Assembly (NCBI GenBank): GCA_045646945.1
Contig: JAZRLS010000062.1
Span: 26,618-90,617 of the forward strand
Length of the DNA stretch: 64,000 nt
Direction of reading: 5' to 3'
Origin: Eubacteriales bacterium
GTDB taxonomy: Bacteria; Bacillota; Clostridia; Oscillospirales; CAG-272
Every line of letters starts with the position of its first letter. Position 1 is the first letter of the stretch. Below the pieces are notes generated by a model. The model did not search any database, was not told the origin of the DNA, and saw nothing but the letters and a program-made list of their open reading frames with translations. Position numbers and translations under genes: made by a program. Below, piece after piece: positions 53,755 to 63,413 of this stretch.

Positions 53755-54134
53755 GTTTTTTACCTCATATTTGGTTATTTTTTGAAAGAAAGACTTTCAT
53801 ACGAACAATCATACCACACATTTTTTTAATTGTCAAGTAAAATTTGATGATTTTTTGAAATATTTTTAATATATTGTAATAAACTTTCAAAGCGAGGCTT
53901 ATAAAAGGGGGGGATTTAGCAGAAAAAACTGCTTTGTTTTTCTTTATTTTGTGACGAATAGTTAAAATTTATTTTTTTGTTTCGTTTATTCAATTGATAT
54001 TTTTATTAAAATATGTGTTGAATAAAACAAAATTAGATCTCGAGGTGGTAGTGAGTCATCCATCGAGCTGTTCGCTTTTTCACAAAACCTTTCTGCAAAA
54101 AAATGCAAAATCTGATTTTTTTTGAGAAAACCCC

Positions 54135-54163
54135 TTGACTTTATACTAATAAGATGGTAAAAT
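54135..54163 (+). promoter_or_regulatory. Sigma-A promoter for the giant surface-protein gene
   Basis: TTGACT-17 nt-TAAAAT with a TGG extended -10. Confidence 0.45.
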
Positions 54164-54252
54164 GAACTATCATACATTATCTTGGAGTTTTGCACACTTC
54201 GGAGAAATCAATTGATAATTATTACAAACTAAGCAAAGTAGGTGAAACAAGC

Positions 54253-57200
54253 ATGAAAACAACTATTTGGAAGCGAATTCTTCCCTTCTTCATGTCTCTT
54301 GTAATGCTGTTCTCCGTATTTGCAGGTGTCATCCCGGCATCGGCAATGGAAATCTCTTCCCAGCCGATCGCGGACGAAACACCCGACACTACGGGAGAAG
54401 AATTTTATTACAAGATCATTTTTGAAAACGGAGTACTTCGCATTCAACTCAATCCGCAAAAGGTCTATGAAATGTTGCGAGACAGAACCTTCTCTCGTGA
54501 AGAGCTCCTAAAGTTTATTCCCGAAGACGTTCTGACCACCTTGGAAAAAGGCCGTAATATTTCGATCGACGATTTGAAGGCATTGGTCTCCAATTATCTT
54601 TCTCCGTCCGATCTGGATGCGCTCAAGGAGCTGATTCCGATCGAGGTCATTCAAGATTACTTTGACCTTTCGATGCTGCAAGATATCATCACGGTGGACG
54701 AAATCCTTTCGGTCATCTCGATTGACGATCTTTTGAATAACGTAAACGAAGACGCCATTGCCGCGCTCATCACGCCCGAAGTTCTTGAGCTTCTTCTTGC
54801 CAATGAGCAGGCAAAGAACGGCGTACTGACCGACGATTTCGTTGAAGATCTGTTGAACACCGACGGTTTTCTGGATGAAATCCTTAATACCCCCGGTTTG
54901 AAGGCAGAGCTCGTCAAGCTGGTTGATAAAGCCATTGTAGACAAAATTCTGACGGATTATCCGAACGTCAAGGACACCGTGTTGAATGAAATTGATTCGA
55001 CCGAGCTTGCCGCAATCTTCGATTCCGAAGAGGGCTTGGAAGCTTTGAAGAGCTATTTCACGAAGAATAAAGCAGAGGTTTCCGCTTTCCTGACGAACAA
55101 AACCGTCATTAATAAGATCAAAGATATCCAGGCAATTCGCGATGCGATGCTCCAGGAGGACGTCATTGATCAGCTGATTGACGAAAAAGTCATTACCAAG
55201 GATAACGTAAGACAGATCCTGTCCGACGATCAACTCAAATCTTTGATCGACGCTTCGGTCGTAGAAGCTTTGTTGGGTTCGACCGACTTTGTCAACAGCA
55301 TCATCGGCAACGAGACGCTCTTGAAGAAGATCGCAACCGATGCGCTTCTGCAGGAGCTGTTGGACGAGGGAGTTTTCGATGGACGTATCGAGCCCGAGGA
55401 CGTTTTCCCCGCTACGATGGACTGGGCGCTCTTCGCCAATAAGTTCTCGATCTCCGCAGAGGATTTTGCCGATAAGTTCGGTTTGACGACCAATTATATT
55501 TATGAAACCTACGGTACAGACGTTACCGTCAGCGATATTATCAACGGAGAAAATATTACCTCCGCACAAATTCTTGAGAAATATCCGAACGTTACGGTTT
55601 CCGCGTTGATCGAGAACGGCTTCATTGCCGTCAACGATCTCTACGATCCTGACGTCATCCGTTCGGTATTGAACGAAAGCGAAGATGGCCGTCGGATCAT
55701 CGCAGCATCGATCAATCAGAATACGAATCTTTCCTTTAATGATTATTGGGCATACATCGACTTTGCACAGCTGGTTACAGCAATCGGTACGGAAGCAATC
55801 TTCAACGTCGTCAATTCCGACGCTACGATCTACCCCAAGCTGATCGATCTCGTCGCTGATTCCGGTAAGCTCACCACCGTGCTTGACGAAGATCTCTGCC
55901 TGACCATTCTCCAGAACAACGCAAGCGCAATTCTCGATGCGTTCACCGTAGACGAACTGCTCGAATATTTTGACCGAGATGCCATCATCGACGAGATCGT
56001 TACGGCATTCGGCGGATATTACGCCTTTATTGATCAAGGATACGTTTCGGAAGAAACGGTGATCAATGCCATCGGCGGATATGCAACGCTGATCAATTAC
56101 CTTCCGATGGAAACCGTCGTCGACAAGGTCATTGAGATCGTCGGCTACGACGGATTGCTCAAGTTTGTCAACTTCAACGATATCGTTGCTTCGGCAGGCG
56201 GATACGACAAGATTCTCTCGTGGTACTCTCCCGAAGAGCTTCAGGCAATCTTCAATGCCATTGGCACCGACAAGCTGAAAACCATCTTAACCGATTCGGG
56301 CATTCTGAAAAATATTGATGTCAAGCAAATCACCAAGGATATTCTGAATATTATTCGTGAAAAGGGAACCTATAAAGCGTTCCTCAACAATATTCTTGAC
56401 AGCTTCCTTGTGATTCTGAACACCGAGGTTTCGTCGATCCATATCAACGGAACACAAATTTACAGACCCGGTCGCTTTGACTTTGAGGCAATCTTTGTCA
56501 GCATTCTGCAGGCGATCCCCGACGTAGACACCTTCCTTGCTATGAAAGAGGGAGATGCTCTTGCACAATGGATCCTCCGCATGAACGTTCGCGGAAAAGA
56601 ATACTCGCTTGGTATTTCGACCGAATTTATCGGTGATTTCACTCAGCTGCAGGATCTTCTCAGCGAGCACGGCGATAGCTTCCGCTTTGATGTCAGCGAT
56701 GACCTCGATATTGCCATTTCCACGGTTCTTCCCTCGGTAACTGCCGAGATTTATCAGAAAGTTCTTCTTTCGGACCGTGTTCCCACAACGCTCAAGCAAA
56801 AGATTTTGACCGCACCGCAATCGATGCAGATTTCCGATGCTTCGGACTTCCTTCTCAGCTTCTCGGACGACGAACTGCAGAACATCGTAGATGCCGTTTC
56901 CGAAAAGACCGATGCGATTCGCGACAAGATCTATGCAAAGCTGGATGCCGTGCTGGGTCAGAACGCATCGAAGCTCGAGTCGGCAAAGCTGAAGGCAGAT
57001 CAGATGCTCGATGCTTTCCAGAGTGTCAATGCGCTCAAGAAGGCAAGAAATACAGCTCTCGCTCTGCTGAACCGTATTCCCGCATCGCTTGCAAATCAAA
57101 CGATCGCGGATCTCTACGAAGGAAACAGCCGCTTCCATTATAATGAAGAGTTTTCCGTAGATTTCTACGGCCGCGTAGCAGGCTTGGTTGAAAAGCTCGG

Positions 57201-60200
57201 TATTCCCGCAGAAACGGCAGAAAATATGTTGCTTTACTTCGGCAACGAAATGCTGCTTGACGGTTCGTTTGACCTCAAGGTTACCACGACCGGCATCTAT
57301 CAGCTGATCGTTCAGGATGACGACGGCAATATTCACAGATTCTATCTGCCCGCAGGACTGCCTCTGGCAACCCTCAACAAGATTCTTCCTTCTTTGAAGG
57401 TTACCTTTGAAGAGGGTGCGGTAATGCCCGCAAAGGATACAACGATCGCAGACGAAGAACTGTGGTACAGCATCGAGTTCTATCTGGACGACGAGCTCTT
57501 TGCGACGGTGAATTACCTGAAGGGAACCGCGGCACTCAATCCTTCCAGAATCCCCGAAATTCCTGACAAAGCAGGTTATATTACTCCCGAATGGCCCTCC
57601 TTCCAGCTCAATGAGCAGGAAGTGACCCGCGTTTACGCATACTATACTCCCAAGCCTTACAAGATTACGATTTTCTTGCCTGATTTGGGCATCAATTTCG
57701 ACCTTCATTTCGACATTGAGGACCGTGAGCTGACGCTTCCGATTCCCTCGTTGCACGGCTACGTGTTCGACACGTGGTATATCGACGTCAATATGGACGG
57801 TGTCATTAATGAGGGAGACGTTCGTCTAGAACCGATCCCCGAAGCGCAGACCTTCCGTATGCTTCGCGCAACCACGCTTCCCGAAGGCAGATTTGCACTT
57901 CCCGAAGACTATACGCTTCCCGCAGACGGAAATCTGGCACTGATCCCCAAGCTGGACGTTGCACACTATACGATCACCTTCTACGATTGGGATGGCAATC
58001 TGATTCCGACCGAGGAGCTGACCTATACGATCTTCGACTTTGATAAAGCCGCAATCACCGCAATGTTCCCGATCCTTTCGAGAGAACACTATCACCTTGC
58101 TTGGTTTGTCGGCGATACCGCGTGGGAGGACTATGATCTTTCGGTAGGCGGAGACATTCAGATCAAGGCAAAAGCAACGCCTGTTGCCTACAAGATCATC
58201 TTCACCGACGGTGAAAAGGTTCTGGATGACACGCTTACCTATACGGTAGAAAATCAAACGATTCCCGCGATTCAGTTCCCTGATCGCGCAGGATACACGG
58301 GTGCTTGGTACGTTGTCTCTGTCAACGGTACGCCGATGACTCCCGTAATGCTCTCGAGCTACAATCCTGCGAACGGTGGAGATCTGTTGGTTCAGTCGAT
58401 CTATACTCCGATTGAATACACGATCATCTTCCACGGTGAAACCGATATCACCCTCTACTTCAATATCCGCGATCAGAAGCTTTACAACGCCAACAATCAG
58501 ATTGTTGACGCGCCGACAGTTCCTGAAAAAGCAGGTTATACGGGTGAATGGGGTGAATACGATCTCTCGAAGCCCGAGAATCAGGAAGTAAACCCCGAAT
58601 ATACTCCTATCACCTACAAGATCACCTTCCACGGTGAAACCGATATCGTACTCTTCTTTAATATTAAAGATCAGAAGCTGTGCGACGCAGCAGGTCAGGA
58701 AGTTCCTGTTCCCACCGTTCCTACGAAGGACGGTTACACGAGCAAGTGGGGTGCGTATGATCTCACGAAACCCGCAGATCAGGAAGTAAGCCCCGAGTAC
58801 ACTCCTATCACCTATAAGATCACCTTCCACGCTGCTACCGATATCGTACTCTTCTTTAATATTAAAGATCAGAAGCTGTGCGATGCCGCAGGTCAGGAAG
58901 TAAGTGCACCCGCTGTTCCTACGAAGAACGGTTACACGAGTGCGTGGGGTACTTATGATCTCACGAAACCCGAAGATCAAGAGGTATCGCCTGTTTACAA
59001 CGAAATTACCTACACGATTTACTTCATCGTAGGAAACTCGGTACACACCACTCTGCAGTACACCATCACCACGCCTCCCACCTCCTTCCCGAACGTTCCC
59101 GACAGAACGGCAGAGGGTTATGAGAATGGAGCTTGGTACGTGGTAAAGGCCAACGGTGCATCGATCAATGCTACCAAGCCGACCGACTTCTTTGTTGCCG
59201 GCGTTACTTACGGCGACATTGAAATCGAAGCCCGCTACACGCCCATCGAATACACGGCATACTTCCGCGTAGACGGTGAAGTCATTGGAAGCGTGAAGTT
59301 TACCGTTGAGGACACCGAGCTGACGGGAATCCCCGAGATTCCCGCAAAGCGTGGTTACTCGGCAGAGTGGAGTGACTACGAAATCGGTCCTGCGGATCTG
59401 TACATTGACGCAGTATATACGCTGATCAAGTACACCGCAACCTTCCAGAACGAAGACGGCGAAACCATCGCAACGATCAACTTTACGATCAACGATAAGA
59501 CGCTCGCCAATATTCCAAACGTACCCAATAAGGCAGGCTTCCGCGGTGCTTGGTACGTCACCTCGGAAAACGGAACCGAAATCGATCCCGTACTCCTTGA
59601 CGAGTACACGCTGACCGATGCAAATATCACGGTTGAGCCTGTGTACACTGCTCTCGCAGCAGGAGATGAGGACAGCGACGGTACCGCGTCTACTCCGACG
59701 GATGACGACGATACGACCGGCGGCATGAGCTGGCTGTGGTGGATCGTTCTGGTACTTCTTCTGATCGTGATTATTCTGGCAGTTCTCTGGTTCCTCAAGA
59801 AGAAGAACCTGCCTCCCTTCAAGCCTCAGGATACGCCTCCCGCAATTATTGCTGCGGCAGTTCCCGAGGAAGAAGAAGCTGAGGAAGAGGTCGTTGAGGA
59901 AGTCGAAGAAAAGACCGAAGAGATCAACGTTGTCGAAAGCATTGACGTGCAAACGGCAGACGAGACAATGACCGATGATGCCGCAATGGCAGTGGTCGAA
60001 ACGGTAGAAGTTACCGAAAAGGCACTTGGTCAAAGAGCAATCGTCAACCTTCAGGCAATCAACGATGCATTTGAAGACGGAGATACCGTCGATTTGGCAT
60101 CGCTGAAGGCGAAGAAACTGATTCCTGCCAAGGCAGACCGCGTAAAGGTTCTGGCGAGCGGAAAGATGGATAAATCTTTGACGGTCGTTGCAGACGCATT

Positions 60201-60270
60201 CTCGGTACAGGCGATCAAGATGATTACGCTGACCGGCGGTCACGCAATCCAAAAAAAGTATAAAGTATAA
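54253..60270 (+). CDS. 2005-aa cell-surface protein: signal peptide, helical region, Listeria-Bacteroides (Flg_new) repeats, TM anchor, acidic linker, uL15-like C-terminal domain
   Basis: ATG 54253 (MKTTIWKRILPFF...ASA). At least 10 repeats with (A)GYTGxW motifs. TM WLWWIVLVLLLIVIILAVLWFL followed by KKKN. The C-terminal ~75 aa align by eye with the uL15 C-terminal half. Confidence 0.7.
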   Translation: MKTTIWKRILPFFMSLVMLFSVFAGVIPASAMEISSQPIADETPDTTGEEFYYKIIFENGVLRIQLNPQKVYEMLRDRTFSREELLKFIPEDVLTTLEKGRNISIDDLKALVSNYLSPSDLDALKELIPIEVIQDYFDLSMLQDIITVDEILSVISIDDLLNNVNEDAIAALITPEVLELLLANEQAKNGVLTDDFVEDLLNTDGFLDEILNTPGLKAELVKLVDKAIVDKILTDYPNVKDTVLNEIDSTELAAIFDSEEGLEALKSYFTKNKAEVSAFLTNKTVINKIKDIQAIRDAMLQEDVIDQLIDEKVITKDNVRQILSDDQLKSLIDASVVEALLGSTDFVNSIIGNETLLKKIATDALLQELLDEGVFDGRIEPEDVFPATMDWALFANKFSISAEDFADKFGLTTNYIYETYGTDVTVSDIINGENITSAQILEKYPNVTVSALIENGFIAVNDLYDPDVIRSVLNESEDGRRIIAASINQNTNLSFNDYWAYIDFAQLVTAIGTEAIFNVVNSDATIYPKLIDLVADSGKLTTVLDEDLCLTILQNNASAILDAFTVDELLEYFDRDAIIDEIVTAFGGYYAFIDQGYVSEETVINAIGGYATLINYLPMETVVDKVIEIVGYDGLLKFVNFNDIVASAGGYDKILSWYSPEELQAIFNAIGTDKLKTILTDSGILKNIDVKQITKDILNIIREKGTYKAFLNNILDSFLVILNTEVSSIHINGTQIYRPGRFDFEAIFVSILQAIPDVDTFLAMKEGDALAQWILRMNVRGKEYSLGISTEFIGDFTQLQDLLSEHGDSFRFDVSDDLDIAISTVLPSVTAEIYQKVLLSDRVPTTLKQKILTAPQSMQISDASDFLLSFSDDELQNIVDAVSEKTDAIRDKIYAKLDAVLGQNASKLESAKLKADQMLDAFQSVNALKKARNTALALLNRIPASLANQTIADLYEGNSRFHYNEEFSVDFYGRVAGLVEKLGIPAETAENMLLYFGNEMLLDGSFDLKVTTTGIYQLIVQDDDGNIHRFYLPAGLPLATLNKILPSLKVTFEEGAVMPAKDTTIADEELWYSIEFYLDDELFATVNYLKGTAALNPSRIPEIPDKAGYITPEWPSFQLNEQEVTRVYAYYTPKPYKITIFLPDLGINFDLHFDIEDRELTLPIPSLHGYVFDTWYIDVNMDGVINEGDVRLEPIPEAQTFRMLRATTLPEGRFALPEDYTLPADGNLALIPKLDVAHYTITFYDWDGNLIPTEELTYTIFDFDKAAITAMFPILSREHYHLAWFVGDTAWEDYDLSVGGDIQIKAKATPVAYKIIFTDGEKVLDDTLTYTVENQTIPAIQFPDRAGYTGAWYVVSVNGTPMTPVMLSSYNPANGGDLLVQSIYTPIEYTIIFHGETDITLYFNIRDQKLYNANNQIVDAPTVPEKAGYTGEWGEYDLSKPENQEVNPEYTPITYKITFHGETDIVLFFNIKDQKLCDAAGQEVPVPTVPTKDGYTSKWGAYDLTKPADQEVSPEYTPITYKITFHAATDIVLFFNIKDQKLCDAAGQEVSAPAVPTKNGYTSAWGTYDLTKPEDQEVSPVYNEITYTIYFIVGNSVHTTLQYTITTPPTSFPNVPDRTAEGYENGAWYVVKANGASINATKPTDFFVAGVTYGDIEIEARYTPIEYTAYFRVDGEVIGSVKFTVEDTELTGIPEIPAKRGYSAEWSDYEIGPADLYIDAVYTLIKYTATFQNEDGETIATINFTINDKTLANIPNVPNKAGFRGAWYVTSENGTEIDPVLLDEYTLTDANITVEPVYTALAAGDEDSDGTASTPTDDDDTTGGMSWLWWIVLVLLLIVIILAVLWFLKKKNLPPFKPQDTPPAIIAAAVPEEEEAEEEVVEEVEEKTEEINVVESIDVQTADETMTDDAAMAVVETVEVTEKALGQRAIVNLQAINDAFEDGDTVDLASLKAKKLIPAKADRVKVLASGKMDKSLTVVADAFSVQAIKMITLTGGHAIQKKYKV
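58405..58998 (+). repeat. Three tandem 198-bp (66-aa) coding repeats
   Basis: Units start at 58405, 58603 and 58801. Units 2 and 3 are near-identical at the nucleotide level (TPITYKITFH...DQEVSP.Y). Confidence 0.85.
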
Positions 60271-60292
60271 GCTTTAAGAAAAAGCAATAAAA

Positions 60293-60328
60293 AACCCCGA
60301 GTGATTTCTTCGGAAATCACTCGGGGTT
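60293..60328. terminator. Bidirectional terminator between convergent genes
   Basis: AACCCCGAGTGATTTC-ttcg-GAAATCACTCGGGGTT 16-bp stem with flanking A/T runs. Confidence 0.7.
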
Positions 60329-60338
60329 TGATTTTTAA

Positions 60339-61178
60339 TTACCGCTTCAACAGCTTTCCCAACAAAAAAGAGAGCGCAAAACAAATCATATCCACCGTAA
60401 CAATGGTCGGACCGATCGGCGTCGAAAGTGCCAGCGAGAAAAGAATTCCTACAACGGCACAAATCACCGAAAGTATGGCAGAACAAATAATTACTTTTTG
60501 GAAGGAACGGAAGAGAAACATCGCGCAAAGGGCAGGGAATACGATCAAAGCCGAAATGAGGAGAGATCCAACCAGATTCATTGCCAGCACGATGATGATC
60601 GCGGTCATCACTGCTAAAAAAAGATTGTAAAGAGAAGCACGAACGCCGATGGCACGGGCAAATTCTTCGTCAAAGGTTACCGCAAAAATTTTGTGATAGA
60701 GCAACACGAAAAGAGTAATCACCACCGCCGAAAGAATCACGCAGGTCCATACGTCCGAAGGTTTCAGCACCAAAATGGCGAAGGAGCCGAAGAGACTGTC
60801 ACAAACGTCGCCCGCCACATTTGCCGACGCGGAGGGATTGAGCGAGAGAAGCAAATATCCCAAGGCAAGTGACCCTACCGAAACCACGGCAACGGCAGCG
60901 TCGCCCTTGATTTTCATCCCCTGTCCCGTCTTCAAAAGGAGCACAGCACAAAGCACCGTAATCGGCAACACAAGGAACAAATTGTCGGTAAAGCTGAGTG
61001 CCGTTGCAATCGCCGTCGCACCGAATGCTACGTGCGAAAGCCCATCACCGATAAAGGAAAAACGCTTGAGGATCAAAACCACACCAAAGAGCGCGGCGCA
61101 AAGAGACACCAGAACGCCAACAATCAAAAGATACCATACGAAGGGATAGGAAAAATATTCCGAAAAATGAATATTCAT
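60339..61178 (-). CDS. znuB: Metal (Zn/Mn-type) ABC transporter permease
   Basis: Polytopic ABC-3 type permease. ATG 61178 with RBS GGAGGAG. Last gene of the zur operon. Confidence 0.75.
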   Translation of the reverse strand: MNIHFSEYFSYPFVWYLLIVGVLVSLCAALFGVVLILKRFSFIGDGLSHVAFGATAIATALSFTDNLFLVLPITVLCAVLLLKTGQGMKIKGDAAVAVVSVGSLALGYLLLSLNPSASANVAGDVCDSLFGSFAILVLKPSDVWTCVILSAVVITLFVLLYHKIFAVTFDEEFARAIGVRASLYNLFLAVMTAIIIVLAMNLVGSLLISALIVFPALCAMFLFRSFQKVIICSAILSVICAVVGILFSLALSTPIGPTIVTVDMICFALSFLLGKLLKR

Positions 61179-61179
61179 C

Positions 61180-61881
61180 TCAGCACTCCTCCTTTTTCCG
61201 TGGGAAATCGACACTTTGACAGTATTCCTCGACGGTAGGATAAAAGCGCGGGGTATGACTCATGTGCAGAACGCTCGTCGCCAAATCCACAACCGCGGAA
61301 AGATCATGCGTTACCATCACAACACTCATACCGAGCTCGCTGCGAAGACGGCGAACCGTGGCGTACATCTCCTCGGTCGCCTGCGGATCAAGTCCTGCGC
61401 TCGGCTCGTCCAGTACAAGAATTTTTTGTGCGGCGCATAGCGCACGGGCGAGCAGAACGCGTTGTTGCTGTCCGCCTGACAGCGAACGGAACGCTCGACG
61501 CTTTAGCTCTGTGAGTCCCACTTGCGTCAGTGCCCGTTCGGCAGTCTGCTTGCTTGCGCGATCGGCAAAGAAACCAAAGCTCGGTTTCATCACGCACCCC
61601 GAAAGCACCACCTCCCAGACCGAAGCGGGAAAATCTTTTTGTGTATCATTTTGTTGAGGAAGATAGCCTATGTCACTCTGACAAATTCCGTCCGAAAACA
61701 GAATCTCTCCCGACTGTGGCGCTTTTAAATTCAAAAGAGCACGCATCAGAGTGCTCTTGCCCGAGCCGTTATCTCCCACGATACAGAGACAGTTTCCTGC
61801 TTCCAAAGAGAAACTGACGTGCTCGCACACGGTCTGACCGTGATAGCCGAGAGATACGTCCCGACAAACAATTTGAGACAT
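61180..61881 (-). CDS. znuC: Metal ABC transporter ATP-binding protein
   Basis: GDNGSGKST, LSGGQQQRVLLARAL, LVLDEPSAGLD. Start taken at ATG 61881. Confidence 0.85.
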   Translation of the reverse strand: MSQIVCRDVSLGYHGQTVCEHVSFSLEAGNCLCIVGDNGSGKSTLMRALLNLKAPQSGEILFSDGICQSDIGYLPQQNDTQKDFPASVWEVVLSGCVMKPSFGFFADRASKQTAERALTQVGLTELKRRAFRSLSGGQQQRVLLARALCAAQKILVLDEPSAGLDPQATEEMYATVRRLRSELGMSVVMVTHDLSAVVDLATSVLHMSHTPRFYPTVEEYCQSVDFPRKKEEC

Positions 61882-61901
61882 AATAATAGTTCCTTTCCGC
61901 G

Positions 61902-62864
61902 TCAAAGTCCAAAGACTTTACGCAGAGTTTCCAGATTTTTCTTCATCATAGTAAGATAGTCCGCGCCATGCTCGGCGTCTTTTCCTGTCACCGATTGCAT
62001 CGAGTTCAGAGAGAGAATGCTTTGATTTTTCGCAAGAGAAGCGGCGCGAACGCTTTCTGCTAGCTGTCCGTCCGAGCGCTCGGTCACGAGGATCGCGCGA
62101 ACCCCGTGCTCGTCCGCTGCCTTTGCCAGACGAAGGATTGTGTCAGGCGTAGCGTTTGCATCGGTCGAGCACCCCTCAAAAGCGGAAACGTAACGAATAC
62201 TGTAATCCTCGGCAAGATAGACAAAGGGAAAACGGTCGGCACAAAGAAGCATCGGGTGCTCCACCGAATCGACAAGCGCCGAATATTCTCCGTCGAGCAC
62301 GTCGAGGGAGGTCGCATAATTTTCAAAATTCTCCCGATAAGCCTCCGCCCCTTGCTCGTCCAGCTCACAAAGGAGGTCGCAAAGATAGGAAGACGCTGTT
62401 TTTGCATTGATTAAAGAAAGCCAAAGATGCTCGTCCAACGTACCGTGCTCATGACCGTGATGCTCCTCGGTCGCATCCGAGCAAATCTCACGCAAGCGAA
62501 TGTTGGGAAGCTCGGTCATATTTACGTCGATGCGTTTCTCCGAGAAATGCGACTGTAACGCATCCTCAATCCAGGCATCGGAAGGGCCTCCCACGTAAAA
62601 GAAGAGATCGGCGGCGGCAATTTTCAGCATATCCTCTGCCGAGGGCTGATAGCTGTGAAGATCCGAACCGTTGGTTATTAAGAGAGACACCTCAACCGTC
62701 TCGGAGTCACCGACAATATTTCTCACCCAATCGTAAAGAGGAAAAACGGTGCAAAGAACCTCGATTTTGTCGGACGATTTTCGATTACCGCAGCTTCCAA
62801 CGAAAGAAAGCAGGCAAAAAAGTGCCAACAGAAGCGCAAGAGTTCGCGTGCTTCGTTTCATCAT
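61902..62864 (-). CDS. znuA: Metal ABC transporter substrate-binding lipoprotein with His-rich loop
   Basis: Lipobox FVGSCGN. His-rich TEEHHGHEHGTLDEH loop typical of Zn-binding ZnuA/AdcA. ATG 62864 overlaps the zur stop (ATGA). Confidence 0.8.
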   Translation of the reverse strand: MMKRSTRTLALLLALFCLLSFVGSCGNRKSSDKIEVLCTVFPLYDWVRNIVGDSETVEVSLLITNGSDLHSYQPSAEDMLKIAAADLFFYVGGPSDAWIEDALQSHFSEKRIDVNMTELPNIRLREICSDATEEHHGHEHGTLDEHLWLSLINAKTASSYLCDLLCELDEQGAEAYRENFENYATSLDVLDGEYSALVDSVEHPMLLCADRFPFVYLAEDYSIRYVSAFEGCSTDANATPDTILRLAKAADEHGVRAILVTERSDGQLAESVRAASLAKNQSILSLNSMQSVTGKDAEHGADYLTMMKKNLETLRKVFGL

Positions 62865-63295
62865 TTTTCTGCCTCCCGAGTGTCCTTTTTTGCCCGAGAA
62901 CAGTCCGAACACGCCCCAACGAGAACCGTTTCTACCTCGTTGACCGAAAAATCACTCTGCAAGCGAATCACATCCAAAAGCTCGTCCGAGAGCTTTTCGT
63001 TGAGATGAATCAGCTTTCCGCAATCCATACAGCGAAGATGCAAATGCGAGCGGCAATGTTCACAGTCGACGATCTGGTAAAGGAATTGACGGCTGTGTCC
63101 CTTGACAAAGCGTTTCACCGTTCCCTCCTCTACAAGCTTCGTGATCAGGCGGTAGACTGTGCTTTTAGCGGGAATTTTATCTCCGTGCGCCATTTTCAAT
63201 TCGAGGACGATCTCTTCTACCGAAAAGGCATCCTTGTGATGCTTGCGCAAAAAATCGATCAAAATTTTCTTCTGTTCGGTTGCGTACTGTGCCAT
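62861..63295 (-). CDS. zur: Fur-family metalloregulator (Zur-like by context)
   Basis: Winged HTH N-domain. CxxC...CxxC structural Zn site (CEHC, CMDC, CSDC). First gene of the zinc-uptake operon. Confidence 0.75.
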   Translation of the reverse strand: MAQYATEQKKILIDFLRKHHKDAFSVEEIVLELKMAHGDKIPAKSTVYRLITKLVEEGTVKRFVKGHSRQFLYQIVDCEHCRSHLHLRCMDCGKLIHLNEKLSDELLDVIRLQSDFSVNEVETVLVGACSDCSRAKKDTREAEK

Positions 63296-63308
63296 AACCC
63301 CTCCAAAA

Positions 63309-63323
63309 TGAGAATTACTCTCA
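63309..63323. promoter_or_regulatory. Candidate Fur-family (Zur) box, 7-1-7 imperfect palindrome
   Basis: TGAGAAT-T-ACTCTCA, just downstream of the -10 of the zur promoter. Confidence 0.35.
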
Positions 63324-63335
63324 AATTACCTTATT

Positions 63336-63364
63336 ATTATACACGCAGAGAGGGGAATTGTCAA
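63336..63364 (-). promoter_or_regulatory. Consensus sigma-A promoter of the zur-znu operon
   Basis: Minus strand TTGACA-17 nt-TATAAT. Confidence 0.6.
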
Positions 63365-63382
63365 GCATTATTAAAAAAAATA

Positions 63383-63410
63383 AAAACCGCAAGCGTCGCT
63401 TGCGGTTTTT
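63383..63410 (-). terminator. Rho-independent terminator after the SLH gene
   Basis: AAAACCGCAAGCG/CGCTTGCGGTTTT stem with a T-run on the minus strand. Confidence 0.65.
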
Positions 63411-63413
63411 TGG

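Noticed and set aside
54508-60252. Three very long antisense ORFs (509, 489 and 808 aa) opposite the giant surface-protein gene
   Set aside because: The sense strand has a signal peptide, periodic domain repeats, a TM anchor, a promoter and a terminator. The antisense ORFs lack RBSs and recognisable motifs. They are explained by stop-codon depletion opposite a biased coding frame.
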